A stretch of DNA of 63,355 bases, counting the filler. It is 6 parts of 6 records of this genome, joined end to end, with 100 filler letters (N's around TTAATTAATTAA, not from the genome) between each part and the next. Parts side by side here need not be neighbours in the genome. Positions count along the whole stretch, not along the records: positions 35,330 to 49,668 come from SRR31156797_3098; positions 49,769 to 57,555 come from SRR31156797_3115; 4 more parts are not named here. One strand, 5' to 3'. Of the stretch, positions 42,197 through 50,797 are shown one piece after another; within the stretch, counting starts at the first letter, position 1, and each line of letters starts with the position of its first letter. The notes under the pieces are model-generated. The model was not told where the DNA came from, searched no databases, and worked only from the letters and a program-made list of their open reading frames with translations. The translations under genes were made by a program, and so were the position numbers.

Positions 42197-42448
42197 ATGC
42201 AGACACAACAAATAAGTATTTCCAAAGAGATAGCAGACAGATTGGAGGTTCTTGCCAGATACACCAATCGCAGTCAGGAAGAACTCATAAACTCTGCAAT
42301 TGAAAGCTACATTGAAAATGAATTTGCAGAAATTTCCCTCATCCACGAAAGCCTTGCCCAAGCTAATAACGGCGAATTCGCTACAGACTCAGAAGTACAG
42401 GACGCTTTCAGCAAATGTGGGATAACGTCAAAATTAACTGAATTTTAA
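42197..42448 (+). CDS. CopG/ribbon-helix-helix antitoxin-like protein
   Basis: RLEVLA...NRS...LIN.AIESYI RHH pattern with I..SLAQAN.GEFAT tail typical of RelE/ParE-partner antitoxins. Confidence 0.7.
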   Translation: MQTQQISISKEIADRLEVLARYTNRSQEELINSAIESYIENEFAEISLIHESLAQANNGEFATDSEVQDAFSKCGITSKLTEF

Positions 42449-42529
42449 TACAGTTTTATTTCAATTTGATCTCCGTTCAAAAAAAGCTACAATCAAGCAT
42501 CGTTAACGCATAAACACACGGCTCACATT

Positions 42530-43390
42530 ATGTCCCAGAACAAACAAGATATACCTTCAAGCTACATACTTCCTGATTCCGCAGATCTTACCACCACCCT
42601 TGCCGAAAATGACAGGCTTCAAAAAATCATTGATGATAAACGCCCGTTGGAAGGAGATCTTTGGGAAGTAATCCAGTTCAAGCTGAAAGTTGACTGGACT
42701 TACAACTCAAACGCTATTGAAGGCAGCACTTTAAGCCCAAGTGAAACGCTCTTCTTTCTACGTGAAGGGCTTACCGTGAAAGGCAAGCCGCTCAAGGATT
42801 TTCTGGACGCCAGAAACCATTCTGAGGCTGTTGATTTACTTCAGGACACCATCAAGGATGAAAGGCCGCTTTCTGTTGGATTCATGAAAGAAATAAACGC
42901 CTTGATACTCAATGGAGTCAGTTACACAGCAGCCCAGACACCCGACGGGCAGAGCACCAAAAAAAAAGCTCATGCCGGGGAATATAAAAAGCATCCGAAC
43001 CATGTGTTAACACCAAGCGGCGAGATCCATACCTACGTTGAACCGGAGCAGGTAGCCGCTGAAATGGATTATCTTTTTAAGTGGATTGACGAGCAGGAGC
43101 AAAAGCAAACATATCCTCTGATTACTGCCTCTATAGCGCACTACAATTTTGTACGTATCCATCCTTTCGATGATGGGAACGGTCGCGGGGCAAGGCTTCT
43201 GATGAACCTAATCCTTATGAAAAACGGGTATCTCCCTGCCGTCATTAACAATGAAAACCGTCAGGATTATATTGAAAGCCTGCATCAGGCAGATAAAGGT
43301 GAACTGGCCCCTTTCTGCGTGTTTGTTTCCAAGTCCTTACGGGAAACTCAAGAATCGATTGTGAAGATTCTGGAAGGTAATGGGAAATAG
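42530..43390 (+). CDS. Fic family AMP-transferase with N-terminal inhibitory helix
   Basis: Canonical HPFDDGNGRGAR and SNAIEG motifs. Confidence 0.93.
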   Translation: MSQNKQDIPSSYILPDSADLTTTLAENDRLQKIIDDKRPLEGDLWEVIQFKLKVDWTYNSNAIEGSTLSPSETLFFLREGLTVKGKPLKDFLDARNHSEAVDLLQDTIKDERPLSVGFMKEINALILNGVSYTAAQTPDGQSTKKKAHAGEYKKHPNHVLTPSGEIHTYVEPEQVAAEMDYLFKWIDEQEQKQTYPLITASIAHYNFVRIHPFDDGNGRGARLLMNLILMKNGYLPAVINNENRQDYIESLHQADKGELAPFCVFVSKSLRETQESIVKILEGNGK

Positions 43391-43396
43391 TTTATA

Positions 43397-44503
43397 CTAC
43401 CCCTCACTCAACCGATAACTAGTACTCCGCCCGCCTCCGGGGTTCTGCACCAGTATTCCGCGCTCCTTCAAATCCTTAATGTCACGCAGAGCTGTATCTG
43501 TGGAGCATTTTGCCAGCTTAGCGTATTTGGATGAGTTCATATAGCCCTTGAAATTTTCATCGAGCATACGCCCCAGCACAATCTGCTGCCGTTCATTAAC
43601 TGGTGACTGCTGAGAGATGCGTTCCCACAGGCTAGCTTTATGGAGTACATGGCTCAGTGTGGATTCAGCATTGATCAGTGCTTCTTTCAGACATTCCAGA
43701 AACCACTCCAGCCATTTGGTGATTTCAGGCGTGCCGCGCTGCTGCCGTTCCAGATGGGAATAATAATCCTTGCGCTTCAGCTCAATTTGCGTGGACATGC
43801 TGTAATACCGCTCCGCCGCCCCATCAGCACGGGCCAAGGCCATATCCGCAATAGTACGCGCAATACGTCCGTTGCCGTCTTCAAAGGGGTGAATGGTAAC
43901 AAACCACAGGTGAGCTATTCCGGCACGGAGAACCGGATCAGTATCATCTTCGCTCTCGAACCATTCCAGAAATCTGGTCATCTCATCTTCAAGGCGATCA
44001 GCGTCAGGTGCTTCGAAATGAACTTTCTCGCGTCCCATAGGCCCGGAGATAACCTGCATGGCTCCGACTTCCGCAGGACGCCAGTCTGCAACGGTAATAC
44101 GCTTAATGCCGCTGCGTCCGGTCGGAAAGAGTGCCGCATGCCAGTCGCAAAGCCTATCTTTAGTCAAAGGCTCAGCATATCGCTGCGTAGCGTCGAGCAT
44201 CATTTCAACTATGCCGTCCACATCACGCCCTGCCGGTTTCAGGCCGGCAATGTCGATTCCCAGACGTTGGGCAATAGAGGACCGTACCTCCTCTGGATTA
44301 AGGAGTTCCCCTTCTATGGCTGATGAATGAACGATGTCATTGGTGAGAGTCTTCAGACCCGCCTCATTTCTCAGATCAAAGCCCAGATTTCCAATCTTAC
44401 CCAGCAACACGCCCTGCCTATGGCGGACGTCTGCCAGTTTGGAAATCAGCCTTTCAGCATTCCATGAGAAGTTCGGCCAGTCTTGATGTTCGTGTATCCA
44501 CAT
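43397..44503 (-). CDS. Fic family protein with DUF4172 N-terminus and C-terminal HTH
   Basis: MWIHEHQDWPNFSW, SSAIEGE, HPFEDGNGRIAR, DTALRDI...GGRSTSY. Confidence 0.93.
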   Translation of the reverse strand: MWIHEHQDWPNFSWNAERLISKLADVRHRQGVLLGKIGNLGFDLRNEAGLKTLTNDIVHSSAIEGELLNPEEVRSSIAQRLGIDIAGLKPAGRDVDGIVEMMLDATQRYAEPLTKDRLCDWHAALFPTGRSGIKRITVADWRPAEVGAMQVISGPMGREKVHFEAPDADRLEDEMTRFLEWFESEDDTDPVLRAGIAHLWFVTIHPFEDGNGRIARTIADMALARADGAAERYYSMSTQIELKRKDYYSHLERQQRGTPEITKWLEWFLECLKEALINAESTLSHVLHKASLWERISQQSPVNERQQIVLGRMLDENFKGYMNSSKYAKLAKCSTDTALRDIKDLKERGILVQNPGGGRSTSYRLSEG

Positions 44504-44517
44504 TGCTTTTGCCCTTG

Positions 44518-44563
44518 TTTGCGGTGAATGCGGCAGCTATTCTCCGCAGGTTTTGCGGTGATT
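44518..44563. promoter_or_regulatory. Candidate operator repeats upstream of the DUF4172-Fic gene
   Basis: TGCGGTGAAT (44520), ATTCTCCGCA (44539) and TGCGGTGATT (44554): three related 10-mers in alternating orientation. Confidence 0.45.
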
Positions 44564-44723
44564 ATAGGGGGCATTTGGGGCAATGGCAACTTGATTAGAA
44601 TCCAATCAAATAATTCACATATATTTAGTTCGCGTCGGTTGAAATTATACAGAACTGAGGTTAACTGTATTTAACCATATGATACTAAATATTAAAGCAT
44701 AACCAAAAGAGATCATATTCAAA

Positions 44724-47192
44724 ATGAGAAGAGAAGAGCTTAAAAATAGATCACTAAGAGTGTTCGACAAAATTCAAACACAAATAAATCTAAATAATCA
44801 ATTGGGTTTCTTTGATATAAATAAAATTTGTGAAGATGTTTTCATACCTGTTTTTAAAAAAATATTCAAAGCAGATGACCTACACAACCTCAATATGGAT
44901 CAAGACAACTATCCCAGTATAGATCTTGGCTCTCCACTACACAAAATAGCTATACAAGTAACGACCACGAAAAGCAGCGAAAAAATTAACCACACTCATA
45001 AAAAATATATAGACCATGGTTTATGCCAAGACTATGACCAGTTATATATTTTTATACTGGGATCAAAACAAAAATCTTATACACTAAAATACATAGATAT
45101 ACTGGAAAGAAACGGGGTTATCTTCGAAAAAGCAAAACACATTCTCGACTTTAGTGATTTAATAAAGAAAATTTATAATGAAAACATAGACACACAGCAT
45201 GAGCTAATTAGTGAACTTGAAAAAGAAGCAGCCACAGAAGACAACTCATTAACAATTATATCTCAAAAAGATGTTTTCCAAAAAAACATCGAAAATGGCT
45301 TAAAACAAGAAAGAAAAAGTGGTAAATTTATAGAAGAAATCTACCGCGAGATAAATCCAAATAAAGAATTTTGCCGATATTTTATTAACCCTCATTTGTT
45401 TTACTCAAAGGACAAATATGATCTTGATAGAATATACTTAGATCACGTAAACATATTTTTAGAAAAATGCGGCATTCCCTATTTTAACATTGAAGAACTT
45501 AAAAACAAAATTGGATTTAAGGACTTCACAGAAGCCCTCAATCAACAAATAGAACAGCTAATCCCGTATAAATTTAAAAATATCGACTCTTTCAACTATC
45601 AAGCCCTAAATGATCCACTAATATTTATACAATCAAGGTTCATAATTGCTAGCTATGCTGAAAACATTTCAGATATATTAAAAACAATATACACAAGAAG
45701 AAAACTAGAAGAGAAAAAAGTATTCATAATCACAGCATCTGCAGGAAAAGGTAAAACAAATTTCATATGTGACCTACTAAAAAACTACACTATACCTCAT
45801 AAAATAACATCAATATTCATTACAAGTAGAGACATATATTTTAACCATACTCAAATCGAGAAAGCACTACTGACAAAAACACCAAAAAAATTCAAAAACA
45901 TAGAAGATTTTTTTGAAACTTATCAACATGTATTTTCAAAAAAGGGTAAATTTTTACTAATTACAATTGATGGACTGAATGAAGCCTCAGATATCAATTA
46001 TTTTGCATATGAACTAGAAAAATTAATTGAAAAAGGATTGCGCTATAAAGGAATTAAATTTCTGCTCACTTGTAGGACAGAATTTTACAAAGAGAGATTT
46101 CTAAACTTAAACAGATCATCGTTTTCTGACCTAATTTACGAATCAGAACTACCCCATTTTTGGGATGATAATACTGGAGACATGCTAATCAATGGATATT
46201 TCGAATATTTCAATGTTAACGCTGAAGTCTCTTATAATGTTCATGACACCCTTTTAAAGGATCCATTACTACTACGAATATTTTGTGAAGCATACCGCAA
46301 CACCAAATATAACCCCGTTCAGATTACCTCACTAAATAGACATACCCTTTTCAAAAAATACTATGAAACTAAAATGAGAGATCTCGGTAGTTGCAAAATA
46401 ACAGACTGCGACATAGCACCATTCTGCGTAAAAGCAATTTCTAAAATAATAAGCAGAATGGTCGAAGAAAAAAAATTTGAAGCAGTGAAATACGACCACC
46501 TAGAATCACAAGAAGCTAAAGCATTAGACATTCTAATTAGCGATGAAATTTTCTTAAAACAAACTTTAAGTACGGATTCATTTTTTAGTACCATTATCGA
46601 CGAAGTCAGTTTCACATTTGATGAATTCAGAGATTTTTTAATAGCAGAATGGTTTATTAGCAAAACTAATGATCCCAAATTTGACATAAACTCTCAATTA
46701 GAACCATTTCTTGATAAAAAGTGCCCAATATTTGAAGGTCTTTCAAAATTCTTATACATTTTAGGGAGAAATAAAAATCTAACTGAAATTATAAATAAGC
46801 TTGAATCAACGCCTAAATTCTCAGCAATATGGCCAACCGTAATCACGGATGTCAGCCCAGACAAACTCACAACTGCGGATGAAGAAAAAATTGTTGCCTT
46901 TTTGACTCATAAATTAGATCCGTATCCGCACCCCATGTATACAACTTGGTTATTTAGAGCTCTTTATTCAAATGACGATGTATTCGCGGCTAATATAATT
47001 ACAAAATCTTTTACTATTATTACAAAAGAAAAACGCGAAACAGCCTACAGATCGATAAAAAGCATCTTATCTGAGCTGCACCAACAGAAACCATATGAAG
47101 AATTTGAAAAAATTATTAAAAAACTTCCTGAAAACTACGCCAGTAAAAAAATATTGCAAAATGCGGTTAAACATATACAGGAGTTATACTAG
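44724..47192 (+). CDS. SMEK-domain STAND/NACHT-like P-loop NTPase
   Basis: N-terminal DIN...ED......L.NLN....NYPSIDL......IAIQVT SMEK-like pattern, Walker A ASAGKGKT, Walker B LLITIDGLNE, LLTCR, DPLLL, FTFDEFRDF. Confidence 0.75.
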   Translation: MRREELKNRSLRVFDKIQTQINLNNQLGFFDINKICEDVFIPVFKKIFKADDLHNLNMDQDNYPSIDLGSPLHKIAIQVTTTKSSEKINHTHKKYIDHGLCQDYDQLYIFILGSKQKSYTLKYIDILERNGVIFEKAKHILDFSDLIKKIYNENIDTQHELISELEKEAATEDNSLTIISQKDVFQKNIENGLKQERKSGKFIEEIYREINPNKEFCRYFINPHLFYSKDKYDLDRIYLDHVNIFLEKCGIPYFNIEELKNKIGFKDFTEALNQQIEQLIPYKFKNIDSFNYQALNDPLIFIQSRFIIASYAENISDILKTIYTRRKLEEKKVFIITASAGKGKTNFICDLLKNYTIPHKITSIFITSRDIYFNHTQIEKALLTKTPKKFKNIEDFFETYQHVFSKKGKFLLITIDGLNEASDINYFAYELEKLIEKGLRYKGIKFLLTCRTEFYKERFLNLNRSSFSDLIYESELPHFWDDNTGDMLINGYFEYFNVNAEVSYNVHDTLLKDPLLLRIFCEAYRNTKYNPVQITSLNRHTLFKKYYETKMRDLGSCKITDCDIAPFCVKAISKIISRMVEEKKFEAVKYDHLESQEAKALDILISDEIFLKQTLSTDSFFSTIIDEVSFTFDEFRDFLIAEWFISKTNDPKFDINSQLEPFLDKKCPIFEGLSKFLYILGRNKNLTEIINKLESTPKFSAIWPTVITDVSPDKLTTADEEKIVAFLTHKLDPYPHPMYTTWLFRALYSNDDVFAANIITKSFTIITKEKRETAYRSIKSILSELHQQKPYEEFEKIIKKLPENYASKKILQNAVKHIQELY

Positions 47193-47563
47193 TGCTTATA
47201 CAACTAGACGAAGAAGGTTTCATATTCTCTATCTGCTCAATACCTAGCAAGAAAGACTTCATAAACATATATAAAGTTTCTAACAATGGTTATGCATGTA
47301 ACATACTTGAACGAATATATGCAGACCTCTTTATCCAGTCGCTAAATTTGTCATATGAATATTCAACATACTATCATAAAGATTATTCTAGTATAAATGA
47401 ACTACTTAAAAATAAATATGGCATTGAATGCGAGAAGATTAAAACAAAAGAGAATGAGCATATATTGTTAGTTTCACCATCAAACTTATTGATAACAAAT
47501 TATTATGAAGAGTCTGCACTAGCTCAAATAATGGCACCACTAGGAGTAAGTCATGAAAATTAG
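47192..47563 (+). CDS. Hypothetical protein (123 aa)
   Basis: GTG start overlaps the upstream TAG and the stop overlaps the next start. Confidence 0.6.
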   Translation: MLIQLDEEGFIFSICSIPSKKDFINIYKVSNNGYACNILERIYADLFIQSLNLSYEYSTYYHKDYSSINELLKNKYGIECEKIKTKENEHILLVSPSNLLITNYYEESALAQIMAPLGVSHEN

Positions 47564-47951
47564 GACAGATTTTGTCACTAACAGCTCGTCAACATCTTTT
47601 CTCATTGCGTATAAACATGAATTTTCAAAAGACATTTTCTTAAAATCAATAGGAATATCACTAGACAGTCCTATTATTACCATTTTCGAAAATTTATATA
47701 AAGCAATTAATGAAAGAGGAACAGAACTTCAATATATTGATGATATATTATGCGAAAAAGATTCTAATATAGAAATAGAACTAGAAGAGCATTTGCTTCA
47801 GAAAGCCATAACTAAGAGCAAAGAAGGATACAATATAATGCATGGTTATTTCGATTCAGACGGTACTTTATTTGAAGTCTTTTTGTGCACGGACTGCTTT
47901 GAAGTCATTTCTGACACTTTGTATATTGATGCATTTGATTGCTACTGGTAA
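47553..47951 (+). CDS. Hypothetical protein with N-terminal MKIRTDFVTNSSSTSF motif
   Basis: AGGAG SD, 132 aa, acidic C-terminal half ending in DCYW, 3 bp before the radical SAM gene. Confidence 0.8.
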   Translation: MKIRTDFVTNSSSTSFLIAYKHEFSKDIFLKSIGISLDSPIITIFENLYKAINERGTELQYIDDILCEKDSNIEIELEEHLLQKAITKSKEGYNIMHGYFDSDGTLFEVFLCTDCFEVISDTLYIDAFDCYW

Positions 47952-47954
47952 ACT

Positions 47955-48992
47955 ATGAAATTCGTACACTACAACAATCTAGGATATAGTACATTCTTTA
48001 ATCCTAGTTCAGGTTTTTTCATCAGAGCTGAACACAAAGGGCATTCTGAACCTTTTATGGCTCCAGCTCCAGAGCTGATTGATATTTCAATTACCAACTG
48101 GTGTGATTTGGAATGCGATTTCTGTTATCGATCTTCAACCAAAGACGGATTACACATGCAGCTTTTGGATTATCAAAAAATAATCGAACAAGCGGCAAAA
48201 TTACGAGTATACCAAGTCGCTCTTGGTGGGGGTAACCCTAACCAACATCCTCAATTTTGCGAAATATTAGAAATGACCCGTGACCAATACGACATCGTTC
48301 CTAACTATACCACAAATGGCCGTGGCTTAACTTCAAAAGTTTTAGAGGCGACCAAAAAACACTGTGGAGCTATCGCCTTAAGTGTAACAAGCTGCGGCCT
48401 AGATATTGAAAAGAACTTAGAAAGATTATGTAGCTATGGAATCAAAACGAACCTTCACTACGTCCTTAGTAAAAAAACAATCAATACGGCAATTGATTGG
48501 CTAAAAAACCCTCCAGCCTTTCTATCTAAAACAAATGCGATAATTTTTTTAAACTACAAACCTGTTAATTATAACTCCGAGCACAAAGCATTAATTCACT
48601 CAAAAGCACTAAATATTTTTTTTGAACTTACTAAGACCAAGCTCCCATTTAAAATCGGATTCGATTCTTGTATGGTAAGCAACTTATCCACTTTCTACTC
48701 ACATGAAAGTATGTGTATTGAAGGATGCGATGCAGCTAGATTCTCAATGTATATCAATGAAAAACTTGAGGCTTATCCATGTTCCTTCATGGAACCTATG
48801 TGTAACGGCGAAAAACTATCAGACTGGGAATCATTAAAAAAGTTGTGGGATGAATCCCCCACATTTAAGAAAATCCGTAATCATTTTTCATCAAATGAAT
48901 GTAGCCAATGCAGTTGGCAACATATCTGTAAGAATGGATGTCCCATTTTTGATGAAATTAACATATGTAAATCACACATCAAACTAAAATAA
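47955..48992 (+). CDS. Radical SAM enzyme with SPASM-type C-terminal domain
   Basis: CDLECDFC (CxxxCxxC), GGGNP, TTNG. Auxiliary cysteines GCDA...YPCSF...CSQC.....CKNGC. Confidence 0.92.
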   Translation: MKFVHYNNLGYSTFFNPSSGFFIRAEHKGHSEPFMAPAPELIDISITNWCDLECDFCYRSSTKDGLHMQLLDYQKIIEQAAKLRVYQVALGGGNPNQHPQFCEILEMTRDQYDIVPNYTTNGRGLTSKVLEATKKHCGAIALSVTSCGLDIEKNLERLCSYGIKTNLHYVLSKKTINTAIDWLKNPPAFLSKTNAIIFLNYKPVNYNSEHKALIHSKALNIFFELTKTKLPFKIGFDSCMVSNLSTFYSHESMCIEGCDAARFSMYINEKLEAYPCSFMEPMCNGEKLSDWESLKKLWDESPTFKKIRNHFSSNECSQCSWQHICKNGCPIFDEINICKSHIKLK

Positions 48993-49006
48993 AATCTACT
49001 AGCCAT

Positions 49007-49546
49007 ATGATATGGGAATCTTATTACTGGAAAAAAGAGCTACAACGAATAGCTAATTCATTACTACATAGATGCTCTAAGCAAAAAAGATGGCCTGAAT
49101 CTTCATTTGCAAAAATGGAACAAGAGGTAATGCTTGGGTGCTTCATTACTAGGAAATTAATTGATTCATTTAAAATTAGTACTTCCCTAGCCAAAAGTCA
49201 GGTCAATATAACATCATACCCTTTTATCGGCTCAAAACGTCCTGATCATTTAGATTGGCATCACCTTGAGCGTTTTTATGATCTTAAAAAGCACAAAAAG
49301 GCATCGTTACCACTGGTTAAATTATGCAATCAAATGATTCATAGTTATATCTTTATGCCTTCGTTAAATGACGACAATCACCTTAAATCACTATTTGTTA
49401 GCTCGGATTATGATAAGAGTTCACTGTTATTTGAAATTGAAGCTAATATTTTGGCTGATATTTTTATGGACATATCCTCAGACTGCCCAGCAAACTTCAC
49501 CGCCAAACGAAAAAACAATGGTGAATGGAAAATTAAATTAAAATAA
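49007..49546 (+). CDS. Hypothetical protein (179 aa)
   Basis: Co-oriented, 14 bp after the radical SAM gene. MIWESYYWK start and LCNQMIHS motif. Confidence 0.7.
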   Translation: MIWESYYWKKELQRIANSLLHRCSKQKRWPESSFAKMEQEVMLGCFITRKLIDSFKISTSLAKSQVNITSYPFIGSKRPDHLDWHHLERFYDLKKHKKASLPLVKLCNQMIHSYIFMPSLNDDNHLKSLFVSSDYDKSSLLFEIEANILADIFMDISSDCPANFTAKRKNNGEWKIKLK

Positions 49547-49629
49547 TTACCCCATCACGAGTACCTACACGAGTACACCAATCCCCCCAACTTAAAAAAT
49601 CAATATATTCCGCTACAATACGCCATCGA

Positions 49630-49652
49630 TTCGATGTCCCCCGCCTCCACCA
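49630..49652 (+). repeat. att-site duplication: degenerate 3' end of tmRNA (ssrA)
   Basis: TTCGATGTCCCCCGCCTCCACCA = damaged T-loop plus acceptor strand CGCCTCC-A-CCA, matching a GGGGGCG 5' end with the G3.U70 alanine determinant. Confidence 0.75.
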
Positions 49653-49668
49653 TTTCATTGATTTCATA

Positions 49669-49768
49669 NNNNNNNNNNNNNNNNNNNNNNNNNNNNNNNN
49701 NNNNNNNNNNNNTTAATTAATTAANNNNNNNNNNNNNNNNNNNNNNNNNNNNNNNNNNNNNNNNNNNN
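49669..49768. other. Artificial contig linker
   Basis: 44 N + TTAATTAATTAA + 44 N. Confidence 0.97.
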
Positions 49769-50777
49769 CATGAACTTCAAGTATAAGTTCTCTTCCTTTT
49801 ATATCAGGCATTGGAACATAAACCTGTCTGTCAAAACGACCGGGACGAAGCAATGCAGGGTCAAGAACATCAGGTCTATTAGTGGCTGCAAGAATAATAA
49901 CTCCTGCATCCGTTCCAAAACCATCCATCTCGACAAGCAGCTGATTAAGAGTCTGTTCTCTTTCATCGTGTCCACCACCAAGGCCGGCTCCTCTTTGTCT
50001 TCCAACTGCATCGATCTCATCAACAAAAATGATACATGGAGCCTTTTCCTTTGCATGATTAAAAAGGTCACGAACTCTGCTTGCACCCACACCTACGAAC
50101 ATTTCAACAAAGTCTGAACCACTGATAATGAAAAACGGAACATCCGCTTCACCAGCTACAGCTTTTGCTAACAGAGTCTTACCAGTTCCCGGAGGCCCCA
50201 CAAGAAGAACACCGTGCGGGATCTTTGCACCCATTTTTGTATAGGCTGAAGGTTTCTTAAGAAAATCAACAACTTCAGACAATTCGTCCTTTGATTCATC
50301 AACACCTGCAACATCCTTAAACCTTATAGGGTTCTTATCTTTGGATATAACTCTGTGTTTACTCTTTCCAAAAGAGAAAGCCTTTCCGCTTCCACCTTGC
50401 ATCTGTTTCATGAAAAAGATGAAAATACCCACAAAAATGAGCATTGGAAGCCAGGAAACAAGTAGGGCTTGTAAAAAAGAATCATCATCCGGTTTTACGT
50501 AGGTAGTAGGAACGTTATACTTGGAAAGGAACTCCATTGTTCTTTCGCCGCTTGGACCGATTACAACGAACTCTTTTCCGCCTTTGAATGTTCCTTTGTA
50601 TTCAACGCCGTCAATAATGACCTTTTCAATTTCGCCTGATTCAACCTTTGACCTGAATTCGGTCATGTCAATTTCAGCTATCTTCTTATTTCCGGTAAGC
50701 TGAGATATGTTGATAAGGAAAAATACAACAACAATGATCCCAAGCCAGATCAGAAGGCTCTTATAATTAAACTTCAT
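49769..50777 (-). CDS. ftsH: ATP-dependent zinc metalloprotease FtsH, 3'-truncated
   Basis: Two TM segments, [42 protein letters not shown]. Confidence 0.95.
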
Positions 50778-50797
50778 TTTCTCTCCAAACTATCAAT

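Larger units (their letters stand above)
35330..49652 (+). mobile_element. Integrative mobilizable element / genomic island integrated at the tmRNA gene
   Basis: P4-like integrase at the left end, AlpA, DUF3987, mob module, cargo, and an ssrA-like 3'-end copy at the right end. The left att site is not in the contig. Confidence 0.85.

Noticed and set aside
43640-44330. Long antisense ORFs over Fic, sdhA, DUF3987 and the hybrid kinases
   Set aside because: No recognisable motifs, and they lie opposite well-supported genes.
47955-48992. Prokaryotic viperin
   Set aside because: It carries a C-terminal SPASM-type cysteine array and I see no viperin-specific motifs, so a peptide/protein-modifying type fits better.
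49630-49652. Functional tRNA or tmRNA gene
   Set aside because: Only a damaged T-loop and 3' acceptor strand are present, with no matching 5' half upstream. Treated as an att remnant.
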